Positions 52,339 through 64,000 of a stretch of DNA of 64,000 nt are shown in pieces. The translations under genes were made by a program, and so were the position numbers. The notes under the pieces are model-generated. The model was not told the origin of the DNA. It made no database searches and was given only the letters and a program-made list of their open reading frames with translations. The stretch's first letter is position 1; each line of letters opens with the position of its first letter. The DNA is taken from positions 2,852,001 to 2,916,000 of the forward strand of contig NEEC01000011.1 of NCBI GenBank assembly GCA_002189035.1, in the 5' to 3' direction. The stretch comes from Utricularia gibba (taxonomy: Eukaryota > Plantae > Magnoliophyta).

Positions 52339-54395
52339 TTTCAGGCCTAATCACCAACAACCATAAAAACAAAAGGGATCAAACACGACATGACGAAAGA
52401 ATTGATCTACTAGGTAATCCACAATTCCTCAAATTCTTCATCCATGCATGCACTTGTCATCCAGGAATTGCGATTAAGGGATGACAAAATATTACCTGGG
52501 AGAAGCGAAAGATCACCCTAGAGATGTAACAAATCGAAGCCGTGTCCACCACTTATATCTCAAGTCTTCCTCCAAATCTGGGGCTTTTTGAAAGTGGGTT
52601 CAACGAGAATGGAGACGAAATTCAATAGCCATAATTTGATTTCGGCAGCAGCCGCAGCACCGCCTTGTTGGGCGAACTGCAAAACTTAAAATATGTCAAC
52701 ACAATCATGGGGTAATTTGGGTCCCTTCCGTTAACTAAACAGTGCAAAAATCGGGTCAGAAGAAAGAAAGATTCTTCGCAAAGATGCGGACATGCCGAAG
52801 TGATTCCCCTGCGTTGGCACCTCCCGCGACCACAAAAACATCGGAGCCAACCGCTACGTCGCCATTAATTCAGCTCGACAATCCGGATTTCGATTCGGGG
52901 CTTGTGTGGAAAAGTACGGGCATCCTCGTTTCATTGGTACGGAAACTGTAATATTTCATATACTTTTTTTCATTGATTTTTTGCGAAACAAAATATTCTC
53001 AAATTCAATTGAAATTTCAATATTTGTGTCAAATTCGAAATTGGAAACACTTTATATTTAAAGTATAAATAAATTTTTTAATTAAAACTTATTTTATTGG
53101 GCTGTGCTGATCCAGTCCATTTTAGGGAATAAATCCGTAGCCACAGTGGGCCTATATGGGCCCGTTCCGGGGCGATTTATATGAGAAATTCATAGCCATT
53201 GTGGCCCAACAGCCGGAAACCAGATAAGGACGGATCAATTAAACTTTATTTGTTTTTTTTCTTCAAAAAAAAAGGAAAATAGATCTTATTTTGTGGAAAT
53301 TGATGTTTATTAAAAAATAATATTTTGTGGAAAATAGATACTAATTGGGATTGAAAGCAAAGATGGGAAGATAATGAAGGTTTTGTTTGATTCTGTTTTT
53401 TTTTAAAAAGTGATGTTTGAAAAATATTTTTAAAAATAAAAGCTGTAATATTAACTTTTTAAAAAGAAAAAATATATTTCAAAACAAAAATAAAACGTAT
53501 TTGTCAATAAAAATTGATTATGTATTAGTTTTCAAGTCTCGGTAGGGCAACACCAACCCGATAACTTGCAGCATATTTTTTGAGATTTGGGGTTTAGGGT
53601 TTGTGTTACCTGAGAATATGAGATGGGGGTGAGTGGAGGGTCCTGGAACAAAATGACTATGTTTCCCGACATGGACAATTCTGCTACTTCAACTTTTCCG
53701 CCCCGACTGCCCGGTCTCGCCCTTTCACTGTCTCCCCTCTTTTCACCTTTTTCATCATCAGGGAATTACTGTGGGGGAAATGAATTCTTTTTTCTGGATG
53801 TGGGAAACAACGATCCATCGACAGCGGTGGTTTTGACAGCACTGTAATTTTGCTCCTCCAAAGGCAGAAAAGACCTGAGGCTGAGGGGGAGTCGCTGGAA
53901 AGATGATCCAATCCATCTTTTTCCCCATCACTTCAGTGAGGCGCTCATGGCTTCATAAAGTGCCCAACACACTCTATTTTCAAAGTGCAGAGATTGAGAG
54001 CTGTCAAATTTTACTGTGGTTGGGGCGAAAGCTCCTCAGAAATTAACAGCCCATCACCAGTTGGGGTAAATTTCAGGGTGCTTTAGGTTGTGGAGGTGGA
54101 CACCCATGGAGTCCATCTTGAGAATGCACAACAATTGGGATGCCATTCCAAGACACGGGAATTGCACCACTCCTTGTCGACAGAGGCTTTAAATGAGGGA
54201 GAAGGACAAGGCTGTTGTGAGGGGTGTCCATCAGCCGGGCATTGAAATTTGTAGTGCCATCCAGAAATGAAAAAAAGCAACAGCAGCATGCAATAAGATC
54301 CTCAGCTGTCTTCTCCGGTTGCCATTTAAATCCGCAACCACCAGCTGTTGTTTTTTCTCCTGTCTCTCTTTCTGCTGTGTCCATCTTTGCAGCTC

Positions 54396-55220
54396 ATGGA
54401 GAAAGAAGCGGAGGCAACAGCTACTGTGAGAGAACGAGAAGATGATGATGCTCTGTCTCTCAGTGATCTCCCTCTTCTGCATCACACCAGTGGATATGAT
54501 GATGATGATACACAAGCGCACGACGCTCAGAGTTCGGCACAAACCAAGCCTCAGAATTCCGCCCATTTCGATTTCGAGTTCGGTTTGGTTTCTAGAGACT
54601 CCCAGATGTGCACCGCCGATGAACTCTTCTTCCAGGGGTGGATTCTCCCTTTCCGTCACTCTTTCAGCTTCGACAACAAACCCCTTGCCCGCCCAATTCC
54701 CCGATGCCACTCCCTCGACCGTTCCATTCTCTCAAACAGAAACGCCAACAATTACGCAGTCAGGCCGCCGCCGCGGACGCGGAACCAATTTCTATCTCAC
54801 TCAAGCCCCTCACCGAGAATTCGCGAGAGCATTCGGTGGAATTATCATCGTCAGCCACAGAAACCTTCACCATGGAACATTTTCCGGATGGGATTGGTCA
54901 CGCCGCAACCGGAATTGACCTTCCAGGACCTGAAATTGAGGAGTCGAAACGGGAATTTCGGGAGCCGGAAAAGTACGATCAGCCGCGGAAGCTCCGTGGG
55001 CAGCGGCAAGACCAAGAAAATCAGGGCAGCTTTTCTTCCAGGATGTAGATACTGTTCGATCGACGCCGTTGATACGTTGTCATCAACTTCAAGAGTCATG
55101 ATTTTCCGACACGAGTACGACGGCAAGGAAATGGAACCCCCGGCGATATCCAAGACGGCGGCGACGAAGAAGCAACTCACCCGGCAACGAACATTTGAAT
55201 GGATAAAGCAACTCCCATGA
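54396..55220 (+). CDS. Intronless plant protein resembling the membrane-associated kinase regulator (MAKR/BKI1)-like group
   Basis: DDDALSLSDLPL, FDFEF, MCTADELFFQGWILPF, PWNIFRMGLVTP..LTFQDLKLR, terminal RQRTFEWIKQL; the family assignment is approximate. Confidence 0.75.
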   Translation: MEKEAEATATVREREDDDALSLSDLPLLHHTSGYDDDDTQAHDAQSSAQTKPQNSAHFDFEFGLVSRDSQMCTADELFFQGWILPFRHSFSFDNKPLARPIPRCHSLDRSILSNRNANNYAVRPPPRTRNQFLSHSSPSPRIRESIRWNYHRQPQKPSPWNIFRMGLVTPQPELTFQDLKLRSRNGNFGSRKSTISRGSSVGSGKTKKIRAAFLPGCRYCSIDAVDTLSSTSRVMIFRHEYDGKEMEPPAISKTAATKKQLTRQRTFEWIKQLP

Positions 55221-55815
55221 AAAGAAACTTTTAGTCTTTTTCTTTTCTCACTCCCTGTGTCTTTTTTTTTTAAATTTTGCTTTAGTTAGTAAAAGTTCCT
55301 ATGGTTAATTAATATCCCCCCAAAACCCTAATCTATCGGATTAATTATTTGAAATTTTTATTTGGTACAATAAGGGAATGTTGGGTAAATAATTTTAAAA
55401 TCTGATACATATTTTCATTGAAAACAAATAAAACGACATGCTTTATGATAAACTTACTGTAGTTATTTATATGACATATTTAAATCCATGTATAAAATAT
55501 ATTTTAAATTCAAAATCCATAATTTGAACTGAAATTTTAAATAAACTCATGCTGAAGTTGAAGGGGGAGTGGGATTGTCCGTAGGCAAGAGTGCGAGTCA
55601 TGATGAGAGCGTGAAGGAGCAACTGCTTTTCTTTTCAAAAAAAGAAAGGCAAGAGCATGGAACAGATGGGCAGGGGCAGTCCGCTCGTGCTGTAGGAAGC
55701 CACTGCATGCATCAAGGCCTTGCACAGGGGCGGTTTGCAACATGCCCTCTGCCAAAAGTTGAAACTTGATAGACAATAATGCATCATAGGAGGCAAGCAT
55801 GCTGCTTGATGCTTG

Positions 55816-58800
55816 CTAGCTGGTTGGCCCTACGAAATCATTCCATTCATCATTTTCATCATCCATCGTCTTCTCCAGCTCTTGATGCAGCTGGTTTTTG
55901 TGGTTCTCCGTGACGGTTGGTTGGGAATTGAAGTTGGAAAAAGAACCGCCAGCCGTGTTGGACGCCTTGGGGTTCAAGCTCTTCCACATGTCATCTGAAT
56001 TCCAGTCCCCAAATGCTGGGGAAAGCGTGGCGTTGTTGGTTGGTCTTTGACTGGTACCCTCCTTGGGAAGGTTGTCAGAGAACAGACTGAGTTCCAAACT
56101 TCCGGTTCTATCCATGAAGTTGCTGGGGAGAAGATCAGATGATGAGTCAATACCGCGGTTGTTTTCACTTGGAGGATCGTGCAAACTGGTTGACCCCATA
56201 AAATCATTCCACTCATCATTTAGGAAGTCATCCACCGGCTCATCATGCCCAGGATATTGCATCTCCAAGTTTGCAACTTCAGTTGTTTGGGATTGGTATT
56301 GCTGAAGGGAAGTAGGTTGGGAAAAAATATCCCTTGAATCATCCACAGTAGGACTATTCTTCTGGACATCTTGCTTACTGATGAACGGATCAAAATCAAC
56401 AGCGATTTTGGTAACACCTGAGCTCATATTCATCCACATGTCATCCAAATTCCAGTTGCTTTGACTGTTGTTTCCTTTTTTGTCATTGGAATCCCCCAAA
56501 GTCCAAAAACGGAATCAATTTGCGGACCAAGATTGGCATCTAAACTTTTGGATCTAACAATGTGGTCCGAATGAAGGAATTCATCTATAAACCCCACCGA
56601 GGCACTAGAGAGATGGCCAGATGAAGGCCTGCTTTCACTTGGAGCACTTTTTGGGGGATCTCCTAAGCTGGTTGATCCTACAAAGCCACTCCATTCATCT
56701 ATTGATTCTTCATCCGGTGTCCCATCCTGTACTTGATCATGGAACTCAGAGTCTGTTTTGTCAAATACTAGAATTTGGGGGTGCGGAGAAGAAACGGCAT
56801 TGGATAGAACTGTGCTTAAATTGTCCAATGACTGGTCATCCTTGTGGCTATTCTTCATGCTGCCATCAAAAGAAACACCGATGTTGGATATAGGACTCGA
56901 GTTCTTAGAAGTGTAATCAAATGTTGCAGTCATTGCGGGTTGGTCGATTTGTTTCCCAATTCCCAAATCAGCAAGCGGATCAAAACCAACTTCTAAGTTT
57001 CTGGATCCCTCACATATTTCGAACTCACGGAGCTCATCACCAACATCACCAGATGTACTGGGAAGGTGGCCGAAAGAAATATCACCACCAAGCTTCTTTT
57101 TGGAATCAGAAACCGTTGATGGCAAAACAGGCTGATCATTTGAACCAGAGAACAGATCGGCACTTGAGAAATCCTTAAAATTATCAAGTGTATGATCATC
57201 CATCTGGTAAAGGTTTCTACTCAGAAAATCATCAAAACCATCGTCACCGTTCACTACATTTGGGCCCAGATTTGGCAAGGCATTTGAACTTGAAGAAAAA
57301 TCCGTAAAATTTTCTGAGGTAGAATCATCCTTCTGGCCATCGTTTTTGCTGACAAAAATGCCAAAAGAATCCTCATCCTTCGTATTTGGGTTCAGATTCT
57401 GCAAATAATCTGAACTCTGAAACATGTCAGGACTTGAAGAAAGAACCTTGAAACTATCCAACGTATGATTGTCCTTCTCTCCATCGTTTATGCTGACAAA
57501 AGCATCAAAACCATCATCATCGTTAGGCACATTTGGTCTCAGATTGGAACCCGGAAACAAATAATCACTTGAAGAAAAGCCCCGATAATCATCTGATACA
57601 GAGTCATCCTTCAGGGCATGGTTTGTACTGATAGAAGCATCAAAACCAGCATCAGTGTTTGGTACGTTTGGCCACAGATTCTGCAGATCATCTGAATCTG
57701 GAAACAAATCAGCAGTTGAAGAAGAATCCTTAAAATTATCTCCAGTATCATCAACCTTCAGGCCATGGCCTCCGCTGACAAAAGCACCAAAACTATCATC
57801 AGTATTCAATACATTTAGTCTCACATTCTGCAGATCATCAGGACATGGAAAAAAATCAGTACTTGAAGAAGCATCCTTAAAATTATCAAAGGTATTATCA
57901 TCCTTTTGAAAATGGTTTCCACTGATGATAGGATCAGAACCACCATCATTGTTCGATGAATATGGCCTCAGATTCTGCAAATAATCCAGGTTACTGGAAT
58001 CCAATTCTGTAGAAACTCCAGAGCTATGATTTGGTCTCTGGTCATTCACTTCATCCCCACATCCAAAAACAGAATCAATGTGCGAACTCAGATCGACATC
58101 TAAATTTCTGGATCCATCCAATGTCACAGACTTATCAAATTTATCTTCAAATCCATCTGAGGTGCTTGGGAAAGGGTTAGGTGGCACGTCCTTTCCATGG
58201 TTGCTTTCAGAATTGGCAGATTGAAAATTTGCTTCCCATTCTTCAAAATCTTGGCTGGTCTTCTGTGTGGATGAGCTTTCAGATGTATCAGATTGCACCT
58301 TTTGATGACCACTGACTCTGGAATAATCTTTTCCATCCAATGTTCCAAAATCTACAGTAGCGTCTTCGGAGGCAGTATCAGATACCACAGCACTCTTAGA
58401 TGTCAAAAAGGATTTTTCAAGAGTCATTCCATTTACGTTCAAATGACTTTCATTCTCTGTCAGCTGTTTTTCAGAAGATCTAACAACTTGTGTAAATCCA
58501 GAAGAGGGCCATGGCATCTTAAGATTTAAGAAATCAGATAAAGAAGTGAAAGATGTTCTCATATTCTGGTCTTCATCCAACTCAGGTTTCGCTGTTCGCT
58601 CAACCATTTCCTGAAAGATTAATTTGACTATCTCAACAAGATTAAAATACAGAACTTAGGCCTCAACGTACATCACACATATAAAAAGAAAGATTATTAT
58701 GACAGCAAACCAAAGCATGAAAAAACTTTCATCAGAAGAGAACAAACCATTTGTAAAAACGTTTTCCACTTTCCAAAAAAAATTATATAAAACAAAGCAT

Positions 58801-59269
58801 GATAAACAAAGAAACTAACCAAAATTTCATTGAGATATGCTCAATGACGTTTATAAAAACGTTTCCACATTACTATAAACATCTATATCATAAGTTAGAA
58901 GCTTTGATTTTATAGTTCCTAGCCGAATAGCAGGAAAAAGTAAAAGCATACCGTTCCCTTCAGCTGTAGTGAATGGAGCAACCATTGATAACCGGTGGTT
59001 GATGAAAAGCAGATTGGTTCGAGAAATGACTCACGATCAGGTTTAGCACCACAATATAGGCATAATTTAGATTCCACTTCTCCCAAGAGTCTCCCCTTAC
59101 AGTTTTTGCAGTGAAAATCCGATGGTGAGGGGTCCGACAGAGCAATGGTGGAAGAAAGTGATTGTAGAGAAGCGAGCATAGGATCAGAGGGGTTGTACTC
59201 AGAAAGACCAGCAGCTGCCCTGGTGCGGGCCTTCACTTCCTGAATTAGATCAAGAGGGACCTCAGGCAT
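55816..59269 (-). CDS. Large acidic D/S-rich protein with an N-terminal CxxC-x(n)-CxxC domain ('dentin sialophosphoprotein-like' plant family); exons 59269-58952 and 58610-55816; apparent 1-nt deletion at 56493-56500
   Basis: MPEVPLDLIQEV...DPSP..FHCKNCKGRLL...LCLYCG...PICFSSTTGYQWLLHSLQLKGT|EMV; two long ORFs joined by one added base; upstream non-coding exon with a donor at about 59950. Confidence 0.8.
57150..57990 (-). repeat. About 7 degenerate tandem copies of a roughly 35-41-codon unit inside the acidic protein
   Basis: Recurrent LQNLxPN...DDxFxxFxSxNxxxKDDxTxDNFKDxSSSxDxF in the translation; repeated DNA such as CCTTAAAATTATC and ATTCTGCAGATCATC on the + strand. Confidence 0.85.
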
Positions 59270-60388
59270 CCCGGATGCTGAAATATCCAACCTGAGTCCA
59301 ACGTAATAGATTCAAAAAGACATCAAGTATCCAATGCCTTCCGATCAGTGTTCAAATCTGTGACTAACAGATTTGTAAGGTTTCAACCTGTAACAATTAA
59401 ACAGTCAGCACTAGCAAGAGGTATGATGCAAAAGAGATCATAACAAGAGATAATTTCTGCAACTTCCATATCCAGACACAAGGGATCGACAGATAAACAT
59501 AAGCACTCAAAAACCCTAAAAGCGCTTTGTGTCATCCTGAAAATAAAATGTTATAATATAAGAAAATCAACCTAGCCGTGGCAAGTTAACACCGACATCC
59601 CATCCACGCCTGTCTTAAAAACATAATCAGTAACAGATGCAACCGATTCTAAAGGAATCCTTCGTATACATACATATACAAAATCTAACAATGCAAATAC
59701 AGGCCTAGCTTAATTCTAGAAGGCCTATTCTAACTTGATAACAATATATTCCCCGAGTACACTTGATCCACATTAGAATCGCAGACCGGGCACATTCAAA
59801 AAACAAACAACGGCTTCCCTTCACGTCATCTTGTAAAACTCAACAAAAACACACACTGCGAGCGATGTTAGCAAAGCATATCTCCACAGGCAGCCCGACA
59901 CTAACACAAAACCTTCAAGATTTCAGATCTACCACACACCAGGATCGTACCTGTTCCGAATTTCCCAAAAGCGCGATCGAAGTCGTTAATCTGGTATCAA
60001 AATGGCAAGTCTGAGGCGGTGGGATATGGAAGCCTCATTGTCCAGACGTTCGCGCCGCGACGGTCACGTGACCGGTGAGAGCAGAGCATTAGTCTTCCGC
60101 AAGTATAAGCCGCAGCTGAGGCGTTGATCGCGCCGCAAGGATCAGGGAAGAAGATTACCGGGAAATCCCCGGAGTGGTGTGCGTGCCCGATCGATTTTGG
60201 GTTCCAGCCCGTATAACAAAACGGGTTAACCCTTTTAGACCATTTTATAAATACATTTTATTATTATTTCATATTTAATATATGTATTTTTTTTATTCAG
60301 AAAAATTTGAAAAAAAATCGAAATTATTTTTTCTCTTCACCGTCCCCAACACGCAGTCAATACCAGACATCTCGAGAACTGAAGCAAA

Positions 60389-61522
60389 CTACACTTCTCC
60401 TTCCCCAACGGGGCACGTTGACGGGCTCTTCTTGGGATAAACGTGAGTGTAGTAGACCCAGACGCAGAGCTGAACCAATCCAAGCAGCCCTCCGATCCCA
60501 TTCCCCGTCTGAGAAAACCTGCCCGCCATTAGACCGTACACAAGCAGGACGCCATGGAAAACGCTTGAGCTTACCGCAATGAAAGGGTCGAAGGAGTAGA
60601 GATTTGCATAAGCGAACCAGACAACCCCATTCGCGAAGCAGGCGACGCATATCCAGAAAGGCAGGAACTCGGCGCTCCTGGTCTTCACCACCCGCTTCTG
60701 TCATTCAGAGGAACGATGAGCTATCGGGTTCACGATGAAATGGGAGAGAAAGGAAGGTGGTTCTGCTTACCAGAATGGACATGGGAGAAGCGTACATTAT
60801 GATCCCGAACACCACACAGATGATCCCCACAACAGAAGACCTGTGGGCATGAGATTTGAAGACAAGGAGAGTGAAAGCTGCTATTGCTGCGAGCAGCGCT
60901 AGTTCTACCAAGAGAACAGCAGGAATGATCCCCTATACGCATAAATTGTAGCTCATGGTTAGTAAAAAAGTTCGTATCTTGACAGTTTAACTCAGCTGGC
61001 GTACCCGATACTTGGTGCTGGGAGTGTAGATGATGAAGATGGTGAGATACACCAACTCCAAAGCGAGCCCCCGCCGTTGATGGTGATCACCAAAATGCTA
61101 TCGGGGTGCACAAATGGAAGCCCGTAGAGAACCCAAAGCAGGCAATTCATCACGGTAGCTAAATAAGGATAGGGATGGAACATCTCTGTGCTCTTCTTTT
61201 TAACTATTCCCAGAAACGTCGGCCTAACAGAACCAGACCACCACCCCAAATCAAGGGATCAAATCCCAAGAAGCAGAAAAAGATAAGGTAGCAGCATTCG
61301 TGTTGTGTTGTGTGAACTGTGAAATGATTTTTACAGGGAAAACAATCTTACGCAGGAGACAGAAACAGCAAGCCAGAGGTCACGTTCCCTACAAACAAAA
61401 AGGAAACAAATACTCAGGGTGTGGATGGTTCTGCTTATTCTCTGATAACCCACAAGCAAATCATCGGAAAGAAGCCGACCTATTACTCCGACGACGAAAC
61501 GAGTGAGCTCCGGTCCCTGCAT
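60389..61522 (-). CDS. SWEET bidirectional sugar transporter (clade II-like), 6 exons; apparent 1-nt deletion at 61068-61072
   Basis: VGVIG|[11 protein letters not shown]|[13 protein letters not shown]...[18 protein letters not shown]...[37 protein letters not shown]. Confidence 0.93.
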
Positions 61523-63019
61523 CGTGGCTCAGAGAGCAAAAGGACGAAGAAGAAAAGAAAAGCGTGAGGAAGAAAGTGTGGAGGAGGAAACCGAACAGAC
61601 ATACATATAGAGGAGTCTCCAGGCTTACAGTAACTACCCTACCCAAAGTATGACCCTGAAAACTCTTACTTACGTCAGCATAATGAATTATTATAGTAAT
61701 ATAAAGCAGCTTACCTTGAGGACTTTATTCAAATGGCAATCCACCATTTACTATATTATTCATTTTAAATATTCAATTTTTATATTTTTTATTTTTAAAA
61801 AACATCTTATATAAAATTAAACATATCTGTTTATTTAAGTACATCTTTATGCAAAACGATATCGTCATTTTATACTCTATCTCACTTAATAACTCAACAT
61901 CCTTATTAAGTGTCCTTGTCATTTTAACTTATAAAAATGTTTAGTATGCTAAATATATTAATGAAAAATAAATTTTTCAGTATATTGTTGATAAAAAAAT
62001 TTTAAAAAAAAAGAATTGGGCGTGGGCTGATGTGTCCTAGAAGTCCACGGGGCCGGACCGTGCCCATCTCTTACTGTTCTTTGCGAATCGTCTTATTGGG
62101 TCGTGGTGGCGGGAATGAAGCCCACCAACGAATATTCCTTTTTTTTTTTTGACGATGCAGCCATGGGCCCCATGAGTAACAACATATTGAAACCAGAGTA
62201 ACAACGCTGCTGGGATTCGGATATGAGAGAATAAGAGAACTATTTCCATTGGCATTTTGCATGATATGCTTGCTCCGGTTGATAGATGAGAAAGCTGGCG
62301 TTTGAGTTACAAGAATCTCATTTCTCTTTACTGGGTTCATAAATTTCTACACCCACACACCCTCCGCATCTTACCTCCGCTCGTGAATCCCTGCACCGGA
62401 GCTCGCTCCGCCGTGGCCACGGTTGTGTGGTGTCAAATAAAAACACTATTTTACGTTGCAGACGGGCCCAAATTCTCTCTCGTGGAACAGATTCAGAGGA
62501 TCAGAATGCCAGAACTTACTGTTCTCGATCCCAGTGGTTCCTCACGGCGGCCTGAATTCAAGCCTCTCGAAATGCGAGGCTCTGCTGCGTCTGCCGTCTC
62601 ATCCCTCAATACAGATTTGGAAGCTGGATCTCCCACCCACGGCTGATGGATGCATCATGGGCTCCAAGATTCCCATCAAATTCTCTCATTTCGGCAGTAT
62701 TTGGCCGCTGGCTCTTCCACTTCTGAGTTTCGTCTAGGTTCAAATTTTATGACCGTTACCGTTGCCGCTTTTTTTTTTTTTTTTTTTTTTCTCTCCCCCA
62801 TTTTTCAAGTAAAATAAGCAAATTTCTGACTTTTATATAATCAAAATTGCCCGAAAATCCAAAAATTTATTAAACATTTTAGTATTTGGATTTGACACAC
62901 AAACACAATCAACTCATCACTTAGACTTGAGTCTGTCTTCCCGGGAGGCCCCAGCGTCAACTTGAAGTGGTGAAGCAATGTCAGTCAGCCAACACAATCC
63001 CATAAAAAAAGATGCACCT

Positions 63020-63148
63020 CTACGCCGCCGGAGCCACGCTGGGTCCATCGTCGTCATCGTCATCGTCGCCGCCGCCGCCTCTTCGAGCCGCGACCAGGAC
63101 GCATCCGACTTCAGCCCCGAATCGATGCGCAACTTCGAGAATACCCAT
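63020..63148 (-). CDS. IMA: IRON MAN (IMA/FEP)-like 42-aa peptide: MGILEVAHRFGAEVGCVLVAARRGGGGDDDDDDDGPSVAPAA*
   Basis: Ends in G-D7-G-P-S-V-A-P-A-A-stop, the hallmark IMA C-terminus (GDDDD...APAA); TATAAAT 62 bp upstream of the ATG; size typical of the family. Confidence 0.88.
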   Translation of the reverse strand: MGILEVAHRFGAEVGCVLVAARRGGGGDDDDDDDGPSVAPAA

Positions 63149-63209
63149 GGGGGCCTGTACTCAGTGCACCTGATGCGGGAGAATGAGATGAGGGTGTCTG
63201 CGCAGGGTA

Positions 63210-63401
63210 ATTTATAGGGCGCTGCGTCTGGGAAGAAGAAGAAGGAGGAGGCAGAGGTGGTTGGTTTTGCTGTGAGTTTGATGGGATTCTTCGTGTGCTT
63301 AGCCTCCATTCCTTTTACTGCATGAGTGCTGCTCATGGACGCGAGTGGCGTGCGTGTGGAATGCAGGAGCTTGCTCACTCCATGAGTGCAGAGTCCACGT
63401 G
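63210..63401 (-). promoter_or_regulatory. Promoter of the IMA-like gene: TATA box (63210-63216), duplicated CATGAGTGC (63321-63329 and 63381-63389), G-box CACGTG (63396-63401)
   Basis: Motifs read directly from the sequence; spacing of TATA to ATG fits a short 5'UTR. Confidence 0.6.
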
Positions 63402-64000
63402 GGATTCCTTTGGATCCCTTCACACCTGGGCGGATTCAGACAGGTTTGCTTCGGTGGCGGCCGGTGGGTACACCCTTTAGGACTGCATTGTCGGCTACTT
63501 ACCAGTCCATCCCTGTGTTATTGGTGGAATAGGGAATAGGAACACCATTATTGGATTCCAAATCATGCTAATTAGATATTCTAAAGATATTTTCGATAAT
63601 GGATTACTCTCACAATTACAAAGAAGAGATTTTTGTTTTTAAATAACAAGAACAACTTATTAATTTCTACTATATTATGAAAACTAGTTCGATATATTAG
63701 ATCAAACTATAATACATTAGAAAATTAAAGTAAAATAATTAAATATATAAAAGATTATGAATCATTAGTCATAGGTTAAAAAATATAATTTATGTTTGTT
63801 GTATATTTGAATTTTATAAATATTTATTGGATTCATTAAATTCTTAATTTTAATATGATATTAAAATATTTATACTGAGATACGGTTTGGATAGTCAAGA
63901 TGAGCATATGGTCGAACTTTTGATTACAAAAAATAAATAAAGAAGATATATTGGACTTAATCAATGAAAGTTAAATTAATCTATGATTAAAACACTATCT

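Noticed and set aside
53580-54340. Moderately GC-rich stretch with short ORFs upstream of the MAKR-like gene
   Set aside because: No homologous motif in any frame and no coherent exon chain; treated as promoter or leader sequence.
62917-63423. 168-aa minus-strand ORF (MKGSKGIPRG...)
   Set aside because: No recognisable family. It runs through a clear TATA box and promoter motifs and overlaps the IMA-like peptide, which is in another frame and has a hallmark motif.

Overview
This is plant (eudicot) nuclear DNA and unusually gene-dense: about 24 protein-coding genes, 1 tRNA and several relics in 64 kb, with mostly 70-150 bp introns and short AT-rich spacers. Gene order is: conserved stress-induced-type protein (+), PSK-simulator/DUF668 protein (+), RNA Pol III subunit RPC5 (+), plant TFIIB-related pBRP1 (+), VPS39 (-), class II LBD (+), GGPPS (-), a decayed Zn-ADH-like pseudogene (+), vicilin-like cupin (+), an uncharacterised 148-aa protein (+), aminopeptidase P1 (+), ZF-HD (-), GASA (-), MIXTA-like R2R3-MYB (+), ENODL phytocyanin (-), chorismate mutase (-), RING protein (+), ferredoxin-thioredoxin reductase catalytic chain (+; absent from the ORF track), group S bZIP (-), RuvBL2 (+), tRNA-Thr(AGT) (+), HHP/PAQR (-), a MAKR-like protein (+), a large acidic repeat protein with an N-terminal CxxC pair (-), SWEET (-), and a 42-aa IRON MAN/FEP-like peptide gene (-; below the ORF-track cutoff and hidden under a decoy 168-aa ORF). 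At least ten frameshifts in otherwise intact conserved genes fall almost all on short homopolymer runs and are repaired by adding one base (two in APP1). This points to consensus errors in the assembly rather than biology. The best leads are the IMA-like peptide with its promoter, and the acidic protein carrying about 7 tandem repeats of FxxF/WxxF-acidic motifs, which resembles a clathrin-adaptor accessory protein. All family assignments come from motif recognition and no database search was run.
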